Source: a candidate division WOR-3 bacterium (GTDB taxonomy: Bacteria; Hydrothermota; Tepidihabitantia; Tepidihabitantales; Tepidihabitantaceae). Taken from it: a stretch of 64,000 bases of DNA. The stretch covers positions 64,001 through 128,000 of the forward strand of contig CBFGJX010000002.1 in assembly GCA_965649225.1 (NCBI GenBank), given 5' to 3'. Below are positions 52,758-62,646 of the stretch, piece by piece; position 1 is the first letter of the stretch, and the number at the start of each line of letters is the position of its first letter. The position numbers and the translations under genes were made by a program. The notes beneath the pieces are model-generated. The model was not told the origin of the DNA. It searched no databases and saw only the letters and a program-made list of their open reading frames with translations.

Positions 52758-53674
52758 CCGCGCGGGTGAAAGGTCCGATGCACCTCACGCAGGTACTCAC
52801 GATCCACGCTGGTGTAGATTTGCGTGGTTGAAATCTGGCTGTGGCCAAGCATTTCCTGCACTGACCGCAGGTCAGCTCCACCTTCCAGCAAGTGGGTTGC
52901 AAAAGAATGGCGGAACGTATGGGCCGTTACTCGGCGTTCGATGCCGGCCGAGTGCACGATGCGACGGAGCAGCTTCTGAAATCCGGCCCTCGAAAGCCGG
53001 TTGCCACGCATGTTCAGAAAGAGATAAGGACTGACCCTGCCGCGGGCATAATGGGGCCTGGCCGACATCAGATAGTTCCGTACCGCTGCCACTGCCTCTC
53101 GTCCCATCGGCACGACGCGGTCCTTTCCCCTCTTGCCGGTCACCCTCAGAAATCCTTCGTCCAGCGCTACATCAGCAGTTCGCAGCCCCAGCAACTCTGA
53201 GACACGCAGACCGCAGCCATATGCCGTTTCGACCAAAGCAAGAGAACGTAGCGACCAGAAACGGTCTGTGGGGTCGACGCAGGCAGAGATAAGCCGACTG
53301 ATTTCGTCGTGCGACAGGACTACTGGCAGACGACGCCGGCGCCGTGGCGGGGTCAAGTCAATCAGAGGGTCGCCAGCGACAACACCTGTATCCATCAGGA
53401 ATTTTGCAAACGTACGTAGCGCAGAAAGCTTGCGTGCGATCGAACTCGCCTTCAAATCCAGCTGTCCGAGCCGGACGAGATAACGTTCGCCGGCGGGACG
53501 ATCAAGCAAACCGGGATTAGCGGCAATTTCGGGCACGCTGACCAGGAACTGCCTGATGTCAGCAATGTAAGCCGAGACCGATGAATGGTTCAGTCCCCGA
53601 TCGGCCAGCAGCCACTTTTCAAACCGCCCCAGCAGCTCATCAGCAGCAGGCGGGAAGCGGTGCGAGGTCGTCAC
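52754..53674 (-). CDS. xerD: Site-specific tyrosine recombinase XerD
   Basis: YGCGLRVSEL, GKRGKDR, HTFRHSFATHLL.GGADLR.VQEMLGH and TTQIYT; C-terminal FHPRG. Confidence 0.93.
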   Translation of the reverse strand: MTTSHRFPPAADELLGRFEKWLLADRGLNHSSVSAYIADIRQFLVSVPEIAANPGLLDRPAGERYLVRLGQLDLKASSIARKLSALRTFAKFLMDTGVVAGDPLIDLTPPRRRRRLPVVLSHDEISRLISACVDPTDRFWSLRSLALVETAYGCGLRVSELLGLRTADVALDEGFLRVTGKRGKDRVVPMGREAVAAVRNYLMSARPHYARGRVSPYLFLNMRGNRLSRAGFQKLLRRIVHSAGIERRVTAHTFRHSFATHLLEGGADLRSVQEMLGHSQISTTQIYTSVDREYLREVHRTFHPRG

Positions 53675-55244
53675 GAGAGACGACGGTGTCCCTAGCATAT
53701 CGCTCATCAGGCTGGGGGTGATCCTTGTTGTAGTGCAAGCCGCGTGATTCGGGCCTGCGAAGTGCACTCAGCACTATCAGCCGCGCGACCTCTACCAGAT
53801 TGTATGTCTCCCAGAGCGGGACACTGAAGCCGGGGCGAATACTCGTCAGTTTCTCGGCCAATTCAGACAGAACAGCGAAAGCCTTGTTGAGTCCCTGGTC
53901 GCTGCGGACAATTCCCGCTTCATGCCACATCAACCACTGCAGGTCATCTCTGATCGCGCTTGCGGTTTCGCTTTCGGGGCTCCCGAAAGACAATATCGAA
54001 GACATGTCGACATCGGATTCGGCAATCGATTCCCCAAAATCTATCACCAGCTCCGCGGCGCGGTCGGAAAGGACCAATGCCTCCAGCAGCGAATTCGAGG
54101 CAAGCCGGTTAGCGCCGTGAAGACCTGAACAAGCACACTCTCCGGCAGCCATCAGGCCAGGCACCGACGTGCGACCCCGATCGTCCGTAAGAACACCGCC
54201 ACAAGAGTAGTGCGCTGCCGGAACAACCGGTATCGGTTGAGTTGTTGGGTCGATACCCAGTTCGCGACACTTCGCAACAATGGTCGGGAAGCGTTCTTCC
54301 AGTCGTCGTCTTGGAATCCGGGTTGCGTCCAGCAAAACAAAATCCTCTCCCCGCTCCTTCATCTCAGTGGCGATGGCACGGGCGACGATGTCTCTCCGGG
54401 CAAGTGAGCCGGCAGGATCGTAGCGCTCCATGAACTCAGCGCCGTCCTGCGTGCGAAGTACAGCCCCTTCCCCCCTTACGGCTTCCGAAATCAGGAACAC
54501 CCGGTCGCCATCACGGCTGCCATACAACGATGTCGGATGAAACTGAACAAACTCCATGTTGGCAATCCGCGCACCAGCTCGAAATCCCATCGCCACGCCA
54601 TCACCGGTTGCAATCTGCGGATTGGTCGTGTGTCGGTAGACTTGCCCCAAACCGCCGGTCGCGAGCATGGTGACCCGCGCCTGGACCGACAGACTACGAC
54701 CAGTGCCAGTTTCGAGCAAAAACGCACCAAGACAACGACCATTATCACCCAACAGCAACCGCAGCGCGAGATGGTTCTCAAGCAGGGTCACGCGCCGGTT
54801 CGTCCGCACCGTCCTCAAGAGGCCGCGTTCGATCTCCAATCCCGTGTGGTCGCGGGCACGAACGATCCGACGACAGCGATGCCCGCCCTCCCGTCCAAGG
54901 TCAAACTGTATCCTTCCGTCGGAGTCGACATACGTATTGAACGAAATGCCCAGGTCGTAAAGCTCACGCAGCAGTCGCGGGCCCGACTCTGTAACTATCC
55001 TGACAACATCGGGATGGGCAAGGCCCGCACCTGCCGCAATCGTATCCTGAAAGTGATACTCCGGACTGTCTTCGGCGCTCATCGCCGCCGCTATGCCACC
55101 CTGAGCGTAATTGGTGTTCGACTCGCTATCGCCTTTCTTGGTTACCAGCAGGACAGTTCTACCAGCGCTAGCAACCCGATAGGCGAACCACAACCCCGCC
55201 ATGCCCGACCCCACAACCAGGCAGTCGGTCCGGGTTGTCAACAT
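53640..55244 (-). CDS. nadB: L-aspartate oxidase
   Basis: AQGGIAA, EGGH, QFHPT, LISEAVRGEG, PAAHY and GLHGANRLASNSLLE. Confidence 0.95.
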   Translation of the reverse strand: MLTTRTDCLVVGSGMAGLWFAYRVASAGRTVLLVTKKGDSESNTNYAQGGIAAAMSAEDSPEYHFQDTIAAGAGLAHPDVVRIVTESGPRLLRELYDLGISFNTYVDSDGRIQFDLGREGGHRCRRIVRARDHTGLEIERGLLRTVRTNRRVTLLENHLALRLLLGDNGRCLGAFLLETGTGRSLSVQARVTMLATGGLGQVYRHTTNPQIATGDGVAMGFRAGARIANMEFVQFHPTSLYGSRDGDRVFLISEAVRGEGAVLRTQDGAEFMERYDPAGSLARRDIVARAIATEMKERGEDFVLLDATRIPRRRLEERFPTIVAKCRELGIDPTTQPIPVVPAAHYSCGGVLTDDRGRTSVPGLMAAGECACSGLHGANRLASNSLLEALVLSDRAAELVIDFGESIAESDVDMSSILSFGSPESETASAIRDDLQWLMWHEAGIVRSDQGLNKAFAVLSELAEKLTSIRPGFSVPLWETYNLVEVARLIVLSALRRPESRGLHYNKDHPQPDERYARDTVVSRDDLAPLPACC

Positions 55245-55266
55245 CGGTTTGAGGGGTGAATCTCGG

Positions 55267-55920
55267 CTAGATACCCAAGGTGAGTCCAAGCCCCAAGCGA
55301 TCGTCCGGGGTGTCGATCCGCAAACGGCTCTGGCGATTCCGTGAAGCCAGCAGTGCACAGTCAATTACCGCAACAACCCGATTCAACAGCAAACCGCCGG
55401 TAGCGAACTGCGCCTGCAGACCAGCGCGTCGAGCCTGCTTTCGCAACTGGTAGTAGTTCACCCGCGCACTGTCTGAGGACCAGTCCCAGACTCGATCGCC
55501 AAAGACCCCGTTCGCCAGAAAATAGTCGTGCTGGCGTTGCGGGTCATCAGGATAACGGGAACGGGCTTCACGCCTGACATCTTCGTTGTACTGGTCCGAG
55601 TTGTCGTAGCGTTCCAAGGCACGCCAGTAGGCCTGGCCCGAAGCTGGCGTCCGCACTCCGGCATCACGGCGTGCCATCAACACGGCATCCCGCTCTCGCT
55701 CGGTGCGTGCCCATACAGAACTTCCGTAGAAAGCCAACATACCTGCATCGACCCACAACATTGCTTCGCCGCGGCCGCGTGCGCCGAGTATGATCTGCCC
55801 AGAACCAGGGACTGCCGCCGAGGCAACGATGGCCACCTTGCGGCTGGCTGCTCCGCCTGTTAGCAATCCGCATCCGATCAAAGCAACCATCCTGACTAGT
55901 CTCACAACACTGACCTCCAT
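55267..55920 (-). CDS. Hypothetical membrane/exported protein (SAxVPGxGQ motif)
   Basis: TGATG coupling to the upstream gene; hydrophobic N-terminus; ASAAVPGSGQ. Confidence 0.6.
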   Translation of the reverse strand: MEVSVVRLVRMVALIGCGLLTGGAASRKVAIVASAAVPGSGQIILGARGRGEAMLWVDAGMLAFYGSSVWARTERERDAVLMARRDAGVRTPASGQAYWRALERYDNSDQYNEDVRREARSRYPDDPQRQHDYFLANGVFGDRVWDWSSDSARVNYYQLRKQARRAGLQAQFATGGLLLNRVVAVIDCALLASRNRQSRLRIDTPDDRLGLGLTLGI

Positions 55921-58628
55921 CACCTGACAATCAGCTTGCTTACCAGCCGGCCGGAACCCCGGGTGGCGACCACGAAGTACGTGCCCGGGATCGAAGGAGC
56001 ATAAAGGTCCGCGTTTGCTTGTGCAACGCAACGACCCGCTGTGTCATAAATCCTGGATGACGATCCAGCTGGTCGGTGGACCAACCGCTCACCACATCTG
56101 ACCAGGGTGGCTGGCGGGTGCTGCTTATGAACAAATCCACTAAACGGAGAACCAAGACCCACGACCTCCCAATCTGTCACCTTGGCGTAGATGTCAAAAC
56201 CTCTGCGTCGGCGGTTATCAGTCCATGTGAACGTAAGCTCTGTACGGCTCGCCGCTACACTCTGTCCGATTGTCCAATGGTGATTGTGAGGAAAGACTGG
56301 GTCGTCACTCACCTGTCGATTGCCCCCAATCGGTGTTCCGTCAATACGGTAACGCTGGCAGTATATCTCGGGCGAACCCGGGGTGCGTCGCTCATCGTTG
56401 AATACGACGACCAACCTGCCTTCATCGTCGAAATCAACTGATGCCGAATAACAGTCAAAGTTGCCACTTCGGTCGTCAACACGAACTACGGGACCGAGCG
56501 GGCTGCCGACCGAATCAAGCATCTGCAGATTCACCCCGTACCAGCCATCACTGCGCAACTGCTCCCAGACAATCGCAATTCTACCGTCTTCGGCAACGGC
56601 ACACGCCGGGTAACCATTGTAACGACCACCATCATCGCTGACACGCCGGTTAGCTCCGATCGGGTTGCCATCAGCCGAGTACAACTGGCAATAAATCTCA
56701 GGGTTCCCGCTGCGATAATCCATCCACGTAACAGCGCAGCGCCCCGACATGTTCACTGCTACGGAGCCGTAGACACCCTGGACAGTCGAATCGTCAACAA
56801 CCGGCACGTCATCGCCGATCGGACTGCCGTTCCTGTCAAACCGACGACGAAAAATCTGATATACCCCACGTCTGGTATCCATCCAGCAGACAACCGCTCG
56901 ATCAAGAGTGTCCATCGCAACAAAAGGGTACCACTGCGAGGCACCGGGAAAATCGGCATTGACCATAAAATTGCCACCCACGGGCCGACCAGACGCATCG
57001 ACGATCTGAGCATAAACGTGCCAGCCATTTCGGCCATCGGACCAGGCAACAAAAAACCTGTCCTGTCCACCAGCAACCGCTGCGTAGTACTGAGCCGCGT
57101 TTGGATCACTGTCGTCGTTGAGCTTACGATTCTGTCCGGAGGGTGAACCGTTGCTGCCAATCAGCTGCCCGTAGAGGTCTGTGACTCCTGACCGTTCGTC
57201 CTCCCAAGCAACGAACCTGACCCCGCCGGCATTCAAACCGATTGACGAAATGCGCTGCTGAGAACTGGCAGCGTCATCATTGATCCTGGTTTCGTTCCCA
57301 ATCAGTACGCCAGCCCGGGAAACCCGTCGACCGAGAATATCAGTGTTCCCTTCCCGGGCGTCTGACCAGACGACCCACCAGCCACCGTCGGGCAGAGCAA
57401 CAACAGCCGGCTGGTTGCACTTCGCCAAGACGCCGGCTTCGCTGCTAACGCGAAAAGACGAGCCAATCGGCACACCGCTGCTATCCAGCCTGCGAGCGTA
57501 AATGTCTTGCCCACCAGAACGTTGGTCCACCCAGACAACGAGGAACTCGCTGTAGCCGTTTGCAGAAACTGCCGGCGCATATTGACTACTGCTGCCCACG
57601 TCATCATTTACTAGGAAATTGCCGCCAATGGGCGTACCATCAGCACCGTACAGCTGGCCAAAAACATCCCACTGACCCCGCCGTCTGTCCTCCCAAGCGA
57701 CCGCAAAGGTACCGGCCGGGGCACAAGCGACCCGCGGAGCCCACTGAATGCTATCATCCGCTGTAACCTGAATGTTCGTTCCGCGTCGACTTCGGTCCGA
57801 ATTGAAAAGCTGCACAAAGACATTCCAATCGCTGGGATTTCTGCCCCGGCCATCCATCCACGCCACTACAAAGCGCCCTCCGCTGTCACCGGCAACATCG
57901 GGCTGGTACTGGTTTGCCATTCCAACCGGGTCGTCATTGACACGGAAATTCGTGTCGAGTTTTCTCCCCTCGTTGTCGAGAAACTGGGCAAATATGTCTC
58001 CCGTGAGTCCGAAGCGCCGGTCATCCCAAGCAACAAGCCCCACCCCCGTCTGTGCAATCCAGCAGCCCGACTCAATCTGATCACCGGGAACCCCGGAATC
58101 GCTGACCCGGAAGTTGCCTCCCAGGGGCACACCGGCATTGAGGAATTGCCCGAATAAATCTCCGTTGCCTATCTCCCTGCGGTCGTGCCAGACGATCAAT
58201 GAACGGGCCCCGGCTGCACAACAGGCTGGTTCGCCCTGCCAGCCCAGACCGGCATCATCGTTCGCCCGTCGGTTAGGCCCGAGTGCCCTGCCATTCTGGT
58301 CCAGCAACGCATACCAGACGTCAGCATCTCCCTCCCTGAAATCGTACCAGGCGACCAGCAGGTTTCCGTCATTGTCAACTGCGATAGTCGGGTCAGCATT
58401 GGAACACCCACCGGAGGTATCGTCGTTCACTGGGTAGTCGGGTCTGATAACGCTATCCGTGGAGCTTCTCACCACCGCAACACCTGGACACGGACGTCGC
58501 CTGAACTCGCATCCACGGGGCATCGGCCGCAGTTCGCCGCAGCTGCGCAAACACGCCAGTCGAGCAACCGAGGTATCGGGAGCACCGGCCACCAGACAAA
58601 ACAATACGAACGCTAGGAGCGAATTCAT
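55920..58628 (-). CDS. Secreted 14-repeat beta-propeller-like protein with a T9SS-like C-terminal domain
   Basis: Signal peptide; 14 units of about 54 aa (VNDD...P.VA...VAW.D.R.G..DI..Q....G...G.N); IYDTAGR...PGTYFV...KLIVR tail. Confidence 0.8.
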   Translation of the reverse strand: MNSLLAFVLFCLVAGAPDTSVARLACLRSCGELRPMPRGCEFRRRPCPGVAVVRSSTDSVIRPDYPVNDDTSGGCSNADPTIAVDNDGNLLVAWYDFREGDADVWYALLDQNGRALGPNRRANDDAGLGWQGEPACCAAGARSLIVWHDRREIGNGDLFGQFLNAGVPLGGNFRVSDSGVPGDQIESGCWIAQTGVGLVAWDDRRFGLTGDIFAQFLDNEGRKLDTNFRVNDDPVGMANQYQPDVAGDSGGRFVVAWMDGRGRNPSDWNVFVQLFNSDRSRRGTNIQVTADDSIQWAPRVACAPAGTFAVAWEDRRRGQWDVFGQLYGADGTPIGGNFLVNDDVGSSSQYAPAVSANGYSEFLVVWVDQRSGGQDIYARRLDSSGVPIGSSFRVSSEAGVLAKCNQPAVVALPDGGWWVVWSDAREGNTDILGRRVSRAGVLIGNETRINDDAASSQQRISSIGLNAGGVRFVAWEDERSGVTDLYGQLIGSNGSPSGQNRKLNDDSDPNAAQYYAAVAGGQDRFFVAWSDGRNGWHVYAQIVDASGRPVGGNFMVNADFPGASQWYPFVAMDTLDRAVVCWMDTRRGVYQIFRRRFDRNGSPIGDDVPVVDDSTVQGVYGSVAVNMSGRCAVTWMDYRSGNPEIYCQLYSADGNPIGANRRVSDDGGRYNGYPACAVAEDGRIAIVWEQLRSDGWYGVNLQMLDSVGSPLGPVVRVDDRSGNFDCYSASVDFDDEGRLVVVFNDERRTPGSPEIYCQRYRIDGTPIGGNRQVSDDPVFPHNHHWTIGQSVAASRTELTFTWTDNRRRRGFDIYAKVTDWEVVGLGSPFSGFVHKQHPPATLVRCGERLVHRPAGSSSRIYDTAGRCVAQANADLYAPSIPGTYFVVATRGSGRLVSKLIVR

Positions 58629-61600
58629 CGCGAGACGGCCAGCTTCGCGAACTTGACCTCGCGTCGGTCGTTGGCGGACACAGTCAACCTCAACACATAA
58701 AGTCCCGGCGGAATTGCACTGAGGGCGATGGCAGTCTCGTTCTCGAGCCCCGGCTCTGCACCAGACTGTATAGAGCTGACGACAGCCTCGCCAGCTAGGT
58801 TCAGGATTTCGAGCGTAGCGGTAACTGATGTACTGCCGAGTCGATAGCGTGCATACGCAACCCGTTCCGCTGGATTCGGATAGACATAGAAAGAGCTTAC
58901 CAGCTCTGCCGTCGGTGCCGGCGGCCCAGGCAGGTCACTTTGCCGCAAAAGACCGGTATGGCAGGGGTCGCGGTACGCACCAGACCACCGGACACCGGTC
59001 GACGGACCAGGCAGGTCCCACACATAGAAATCGCCCGATTCAGTGCCGGCCACAACCTCGACGTCGCCGTCACTGTCCAGGTCAGCAACAAGCGGCACAG
59101 CATTTACAGCAGCGGAAGTCATCAACGGGAACCACTCCAGCCGACGCCCTGTACGCGAGTCTATGGCGATGACCCCATACTGCGGGGAACCAACCACAAG
59201 CTCAACGGTACCGTTCCCATCCAAATCAGCCAGCACGGGTGAGGACAAAAACACGAACGGAACCTCATAGCTGATTATCCAGTTGCCGGCCAGCTCTTGA
59301 ACTGTGTATGTCGAATCCTGACGTTTCGGGTAACCGCTAACTACGCAGCCATTGCTGTTGAACGCCAACAGCTGATTACCGGCGGCACAAACAAGGTCAA
59401 GGAATCCATCGCCGTCAACGTCTGCCGCCGCTGGAGTTCCGTTGAATGGATGAGGGATGACTTCACGTGAGCGACTCAACAGCCGCCCGTCAAGCGACAG
59501 CAGATTGACAAGATAATCATAACTGCCGGCACCAATCACCGCAATTTGTCTGCCGCCATCACGCCTGAAGTCACCCACCAGCGGCTGAGCAACCGCATAG
59601 AACGGACTGACACCAAGTGCCACCGGATACCCGTCGGCAATGCTACCGTCCGGGTTAACAAGGAAGACACGGCTGTCACCAGTTACGACTACAATTCTGC
59701 CACAAGTCGTATCAGTAACCGCCACGGGAGCCCGGACCTCCGTTCCCAGGCTCACTGGAAAACCGGCCACCGGCTGCCCGTTGCCGTGCCAGGCGTACAA
59801 CCGCATGTCGGTAGAGCCGACGATAATCTCGCGTGCACCGTCGCCGTCGATGTCAGCCAGTACCGGAGCCGAAAGAATTCGGTCGCCGGTCGCCATCACA
59901 CTCAAGGCTGCACCACCAGTGTCAGGGTATACTCGAACACGTCCAAGCTTGTTAACCACTACTATCTCGGGGCGCGTATCGCCATTCACGTCTCCAACTG
60001 CCGGCGGCGACGCCGTCGCACCAGTGACCGCCCCGGGCCATCGTGGTGAATAGGGACGACCATCAGCACGCCAGACGTAGACTCTGCCGGTGGTATCGGC
60101 GACCACGATCTCAAGACTATCGTTACCGTCAAGGTCAACGGCGCATGCCGAAAGGAAAGGAGCCGCGGCACCATCCTTCGGAAAACCCGGCTGGTAGAAA
60201 TCCCAACCAACCCTGACTGTTATCACCGTATCCTTCAGGCGCCCGGTTGTATCCTGTTGCGCCAGAATAGCGACATGCAACTGCGTCTTGCCCGTGTACC
60301 CATCAGTGTTGGGATTGGTACTACCAGTGAATGCCGCGTTATAACCGTTCCTGCAAAACGCATCAAACTTGTATCCGTAGATCTCGTACTCGTAGTCGCG
60401 TCCTGACCAGTAAGGGACATCGAAATCCTGAACGCCGTCAGCCTCTTCTAGGTCAACCCCCTTGCGCTCCGGGAAGATATTGATTGCGTTATAAGGTCCG
60501 TAGTCACCGATGATTCGTCGATCGCAGTGCCAGACCAGCAGACCCGAACCCGGCTGAAAAAAATCATACTCGTTACCAGCAACAGCAACAACTACACCGT
60601 CCTCAACATCGACATCAATGGTGTCCGGACCGATTACGTCAACCTGACGATTCTCTATCAGAAAATACTCATCGGCGTTGATCGGTATCCGTAACACCGT
60701 TGGCATCGCTGTATCTGAGCGGATGCCAAAAGCGGTAGAATCCATCTGTGCGGCGTAGACTGGCACACTGTCGCGAGGCGTAACGATGTCAAGGGGCGTT
60801 ACAAATCCCAGATGAACGCGGTGAAAAGCATCCAGAAAGCCCGGCAAGACTCCGGGTGGCGCACCCGCAGCGTAATCGCCCAGCCACCCACCGTAGCCCA
60901 TCAAACTCCACCCCCCTACCCCCATGGTCACCCCGGTCACGTCGTAGAGGTCGTAGGCTCCCAACAGGTGCGCAAACTCGTGTGCGAGGGTACCGGCAAG
61001 TCCGACCATACCCAGCAGGTTGGTCTGTCCATTGTACATGGTATCCTGCCGCATCATCTCAGGAAGCACGGTCGCCTGCTCGATGCGAGTCCTGCCGGAG
61101 TCAACCAGTATCCAGGGTTCGCCTAAATAGGCTTGAATTGCACCGGCCGGGATTTCCCCCGCCATCAGGTCGAAAGGACTGTTTCGGGCCAGGCCGAAAT
61201 CCGACTGCAGACCGGAGCCAGCATGGAAAATGATGAACTCATCGTAGTCAGCAAATCGCACCGCCGGGTCGTCATCAGCAACCTTGAAGGCATCACGCAT
61301 CAAACGAACGAGACCGAGCTCGATTGCCTCGTACGATGTCGTATCTCCGTAGAAGACCATATCACGAGGAAGTTGATAGCAATCCTTCTCTCCCTCGGGC
61401 ATAACGGTGAAATCGATGTAAAGCCGTCCGAGAGATTGCGCCAAATAATAGTTGCGCAACCCCTCCATCTGACGTTCAAAATAACGTTTGAAGTGCGGCG
61501 GGTCGTAGAACAGGCCGGAATCCGGCGCCAGAAATCCGAACGTGTCCATTTTGCCGTTACCGGTTGTCAGTGGGGTGGTGTCCTCAACGAACTCCACCCG

Positions 61601-61876
61601 TAGACACAAAACCTTCACAGTATCCGGCGACCCGGAACGAAGTCGCTCAACTCGTTCAATGTCCTGCTGGAGCATTCTTCTCCGGAATCGTTCGAACGGC
61701 GGTTGCTTCCGTTCGAACATTGTGTAATTCTGCGCGAAGCGCGCCGCCTGTCGACCGGCTCCTGCCAAATGATTCCCTGCGTCACGAGTCAGACTTATCC
61801 GCCTTGCGGTGGCCGGAGTATACCAAGCAAGAAAAATCAAGCCCAGACGCAGAAGGATACTGAATCTAATCTTCGT
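58625..61876 (-). CDS. Secreted M6 (immune inhibitor A-like) metalloprotease with FG-GAP repeats and a T9SS-like C-terminal domain
   Basis: HAG, HEFAHLLGAYDLY, WSLMGYG, EYFLIENRQ and GLLVWH; D.DGDG..E repeats; YPNPA...PGLY tail; start either ACG 61876 or TTG 61840. Confidence 0.88.
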   Translation of the reverse strand, partial: TKIRFSILLRLGLIFLAWYTPATARRISLTRDAGNHLAGAGRQAARFAQNYTMFERKQPPFERFRRRMLQQDIERVERLRSGSPDTVKVLCLRVEFVEDTTPLTTGNGKMDTFGFLAPDSGLFYDPPHFKRYFERQMEGLRNYYLAQSLGRLYIDFTVMPEGEKDCYQLPRDMVFYGDTTSYEAIELGLVRLMRDAFKVADDDPAVRFADYDEFIIFHAGSGLQSDFGLARNSPFDLMAGEIPAGAIQAYLGEPWILVDSGRTRIEQATVLPEMMRQDTMYNGQTNLLGMVGLAGTLAHEFAHLLGAYDLYDVTGVTMGVGGWSLMGYGGWLGDYAAGAPPGVLPGFLDAFHRVHLGFVTPLDIVTPRDSVPVYAAQMDSTAFGIRSDTAMPTVLRIPINADEYFLIENRQVDVIGPDTIDVDVEDGVVVAVAGNEYDFFQPGSGLLVWHCDRRIIGDYGPYNAINIFPERKGVDLEEADGVQDFDVPYWSGRDYEYEIYGYKFDAFCRNGYNAAFTGSTNPNTDGYTGKTQLHVAILAQQDTTGRLKDTVITVRVGWDFYQPGFPKDGAAAPFLSACAVDLDGNDSLEIVVADTTGRVYVWRADGRPYSPRWPGAVTGATASPPAVGDVNGDTRPEIVVVNKLGRVRVYPDTGGAALSVMATGDRILSAPVLADIDGDGAREIIVGSTDMRLYAWHGNGQPVAGFPVSLGTEVRAPVAVTDTTCGRIVVVTGDSRVFLVNPDGSIADGYPVALGVSPFYAVAQPLVGDFRRDGGRQIAVIGAGSYDYLVNLLSLDGRLLSRSREVIPHPFNGTPAAADVDGDGFLDLVCAAGNQLLAFNSNGCVVSGYPKRQDSTYTVQELAGNWIISYEVPFVFLSSPVLADLDGNGTVELVVGSPQYGVIAIDSRTGRRLEWFPLMTSAAVNAVPLVADLDSDGDVEVVAGTESGDFYVWDLPGPSTGVRWSGAYRDPCHTGLLRQSDLPGPPAPTAELVSSFYVYPNPAERVAYARYRLGSTSVTATLEILNLAGEAVVSSIQSGAEPGLENETAIALSAIPPGLYVLRLTVSANDRREVKFAKLAVSR

Positions 61877-62062
61877 AATGCTCTCCTACCGTCTTACGGA
61901 CACTCAAGGATCTAGCGATAGTCTTTGTCGTCACGGGCCAGCGCAAATTGCCTGTTGGAATGAAGCAAGAATGGTTGCCCCTGAGCATCGCGACCGGAGG
62001 CGACGGTCGGATCGGCACTCGCCGAACCGCTGAGGCGATTTGCCACCACCCAAAAGGAAGAA

Positions 62063-62149
62063 CGGAGAGAGAGGGATTTGAACCCCCGATACCCATAAGG
62101 GTATACGTGATTTCGAGTCACGCGCCATCGTCCACTCGGCCATCTCTCC
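62063..62149 (-). tRNA. tRNA-Ser(CGA)
   Basis: Acceptor GGAGAGA/TCTCTCC; anticodon arm CGTGA-CTCGAAA-TCACG; long variable arm ATACCC-TTAT-GGGTAT. Confidence 0.95.
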
Positions 62150-62162
62150 GTCAGTTCCACTG

Positions 62163-62645
62163 CTATTCGTGGGCCCGAGCCGTCCGGCGGGCACGAAAAA
62201 AACCTCGCAGCAACTTCGCGGACTGTTCGGCTAAGACTCCACTGACAACTTCGAAACGGTGATTGAAACGACTGTCGGCCGCGATATCGTATCGCGACCC
62301 CAGACAGCCAAATTTGGGATCCTTAGCTGCAAAAACAACCCGGGCCGGCCTTGCCAGAACGAGAGCACCCGTACACATCAAGCAGGGCTCCAAAGTAACA
62401 TAAACGGTGGCGTCAGCAAGACGCCAGTTTCCGATTGTCGTCGCCGCCGCGCTCAGGGCGATCATCTCGGCATGGGCGGTCGGGTCCCGCAGGAGCTCGG
62501 TCTGATTCCGCCCCCGCCCAATCACTCTCCCTTCCCGCACGACCACACAACCAACCGGCACCTCCCCTTCGGCTGCGGCCGTTTCGGCCTCACGTAGAGC
62601 CTGTGCCATCCAGTTCTCATCAAACGAAAGGGAGACCTGCTTCAA
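62163..62645 (-). CDS. tadA: tRNA adenosine(34) deaminase
   Basis: GEVPVG, DPTAHAE, YVTLEPCLMC, DPK, FNH and FF..RR; start TTG 62645 or ATG 62609. Confidence 0.95.
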   Translation of the reverse strand: MKQVSLSFDENWMAQALREAETAAAEGEVPVGCVVVREGRVIGRGRNQTELLRDPTAHAEMIALSAAATTIGNWRLADATVYVTLEPCLMCTGALVLARPARVVFAAKDPKFGCLGSRYDIAADSRFNHRFEVVSGVLAEQSAKLLRGFFRARRTARAHE

Positions 62646-62646
62646 A

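Noticed and set aside
52754..53674. Tyrosine recombinase as a prophage or island integrase
   Set aside because: XerD signature (GGADLRxVQEMLGH, HPR end) and housekeeping neighbours (nadB, purM); no att repeats or phage genes seen
61890..62062. SRP RNA (ffs) after tRNA-Ser, as often found near tadA
   Set aside because: Hairpins are present, but I found no helix-8 CAGG...GNRA...AGCAG motif on either strand
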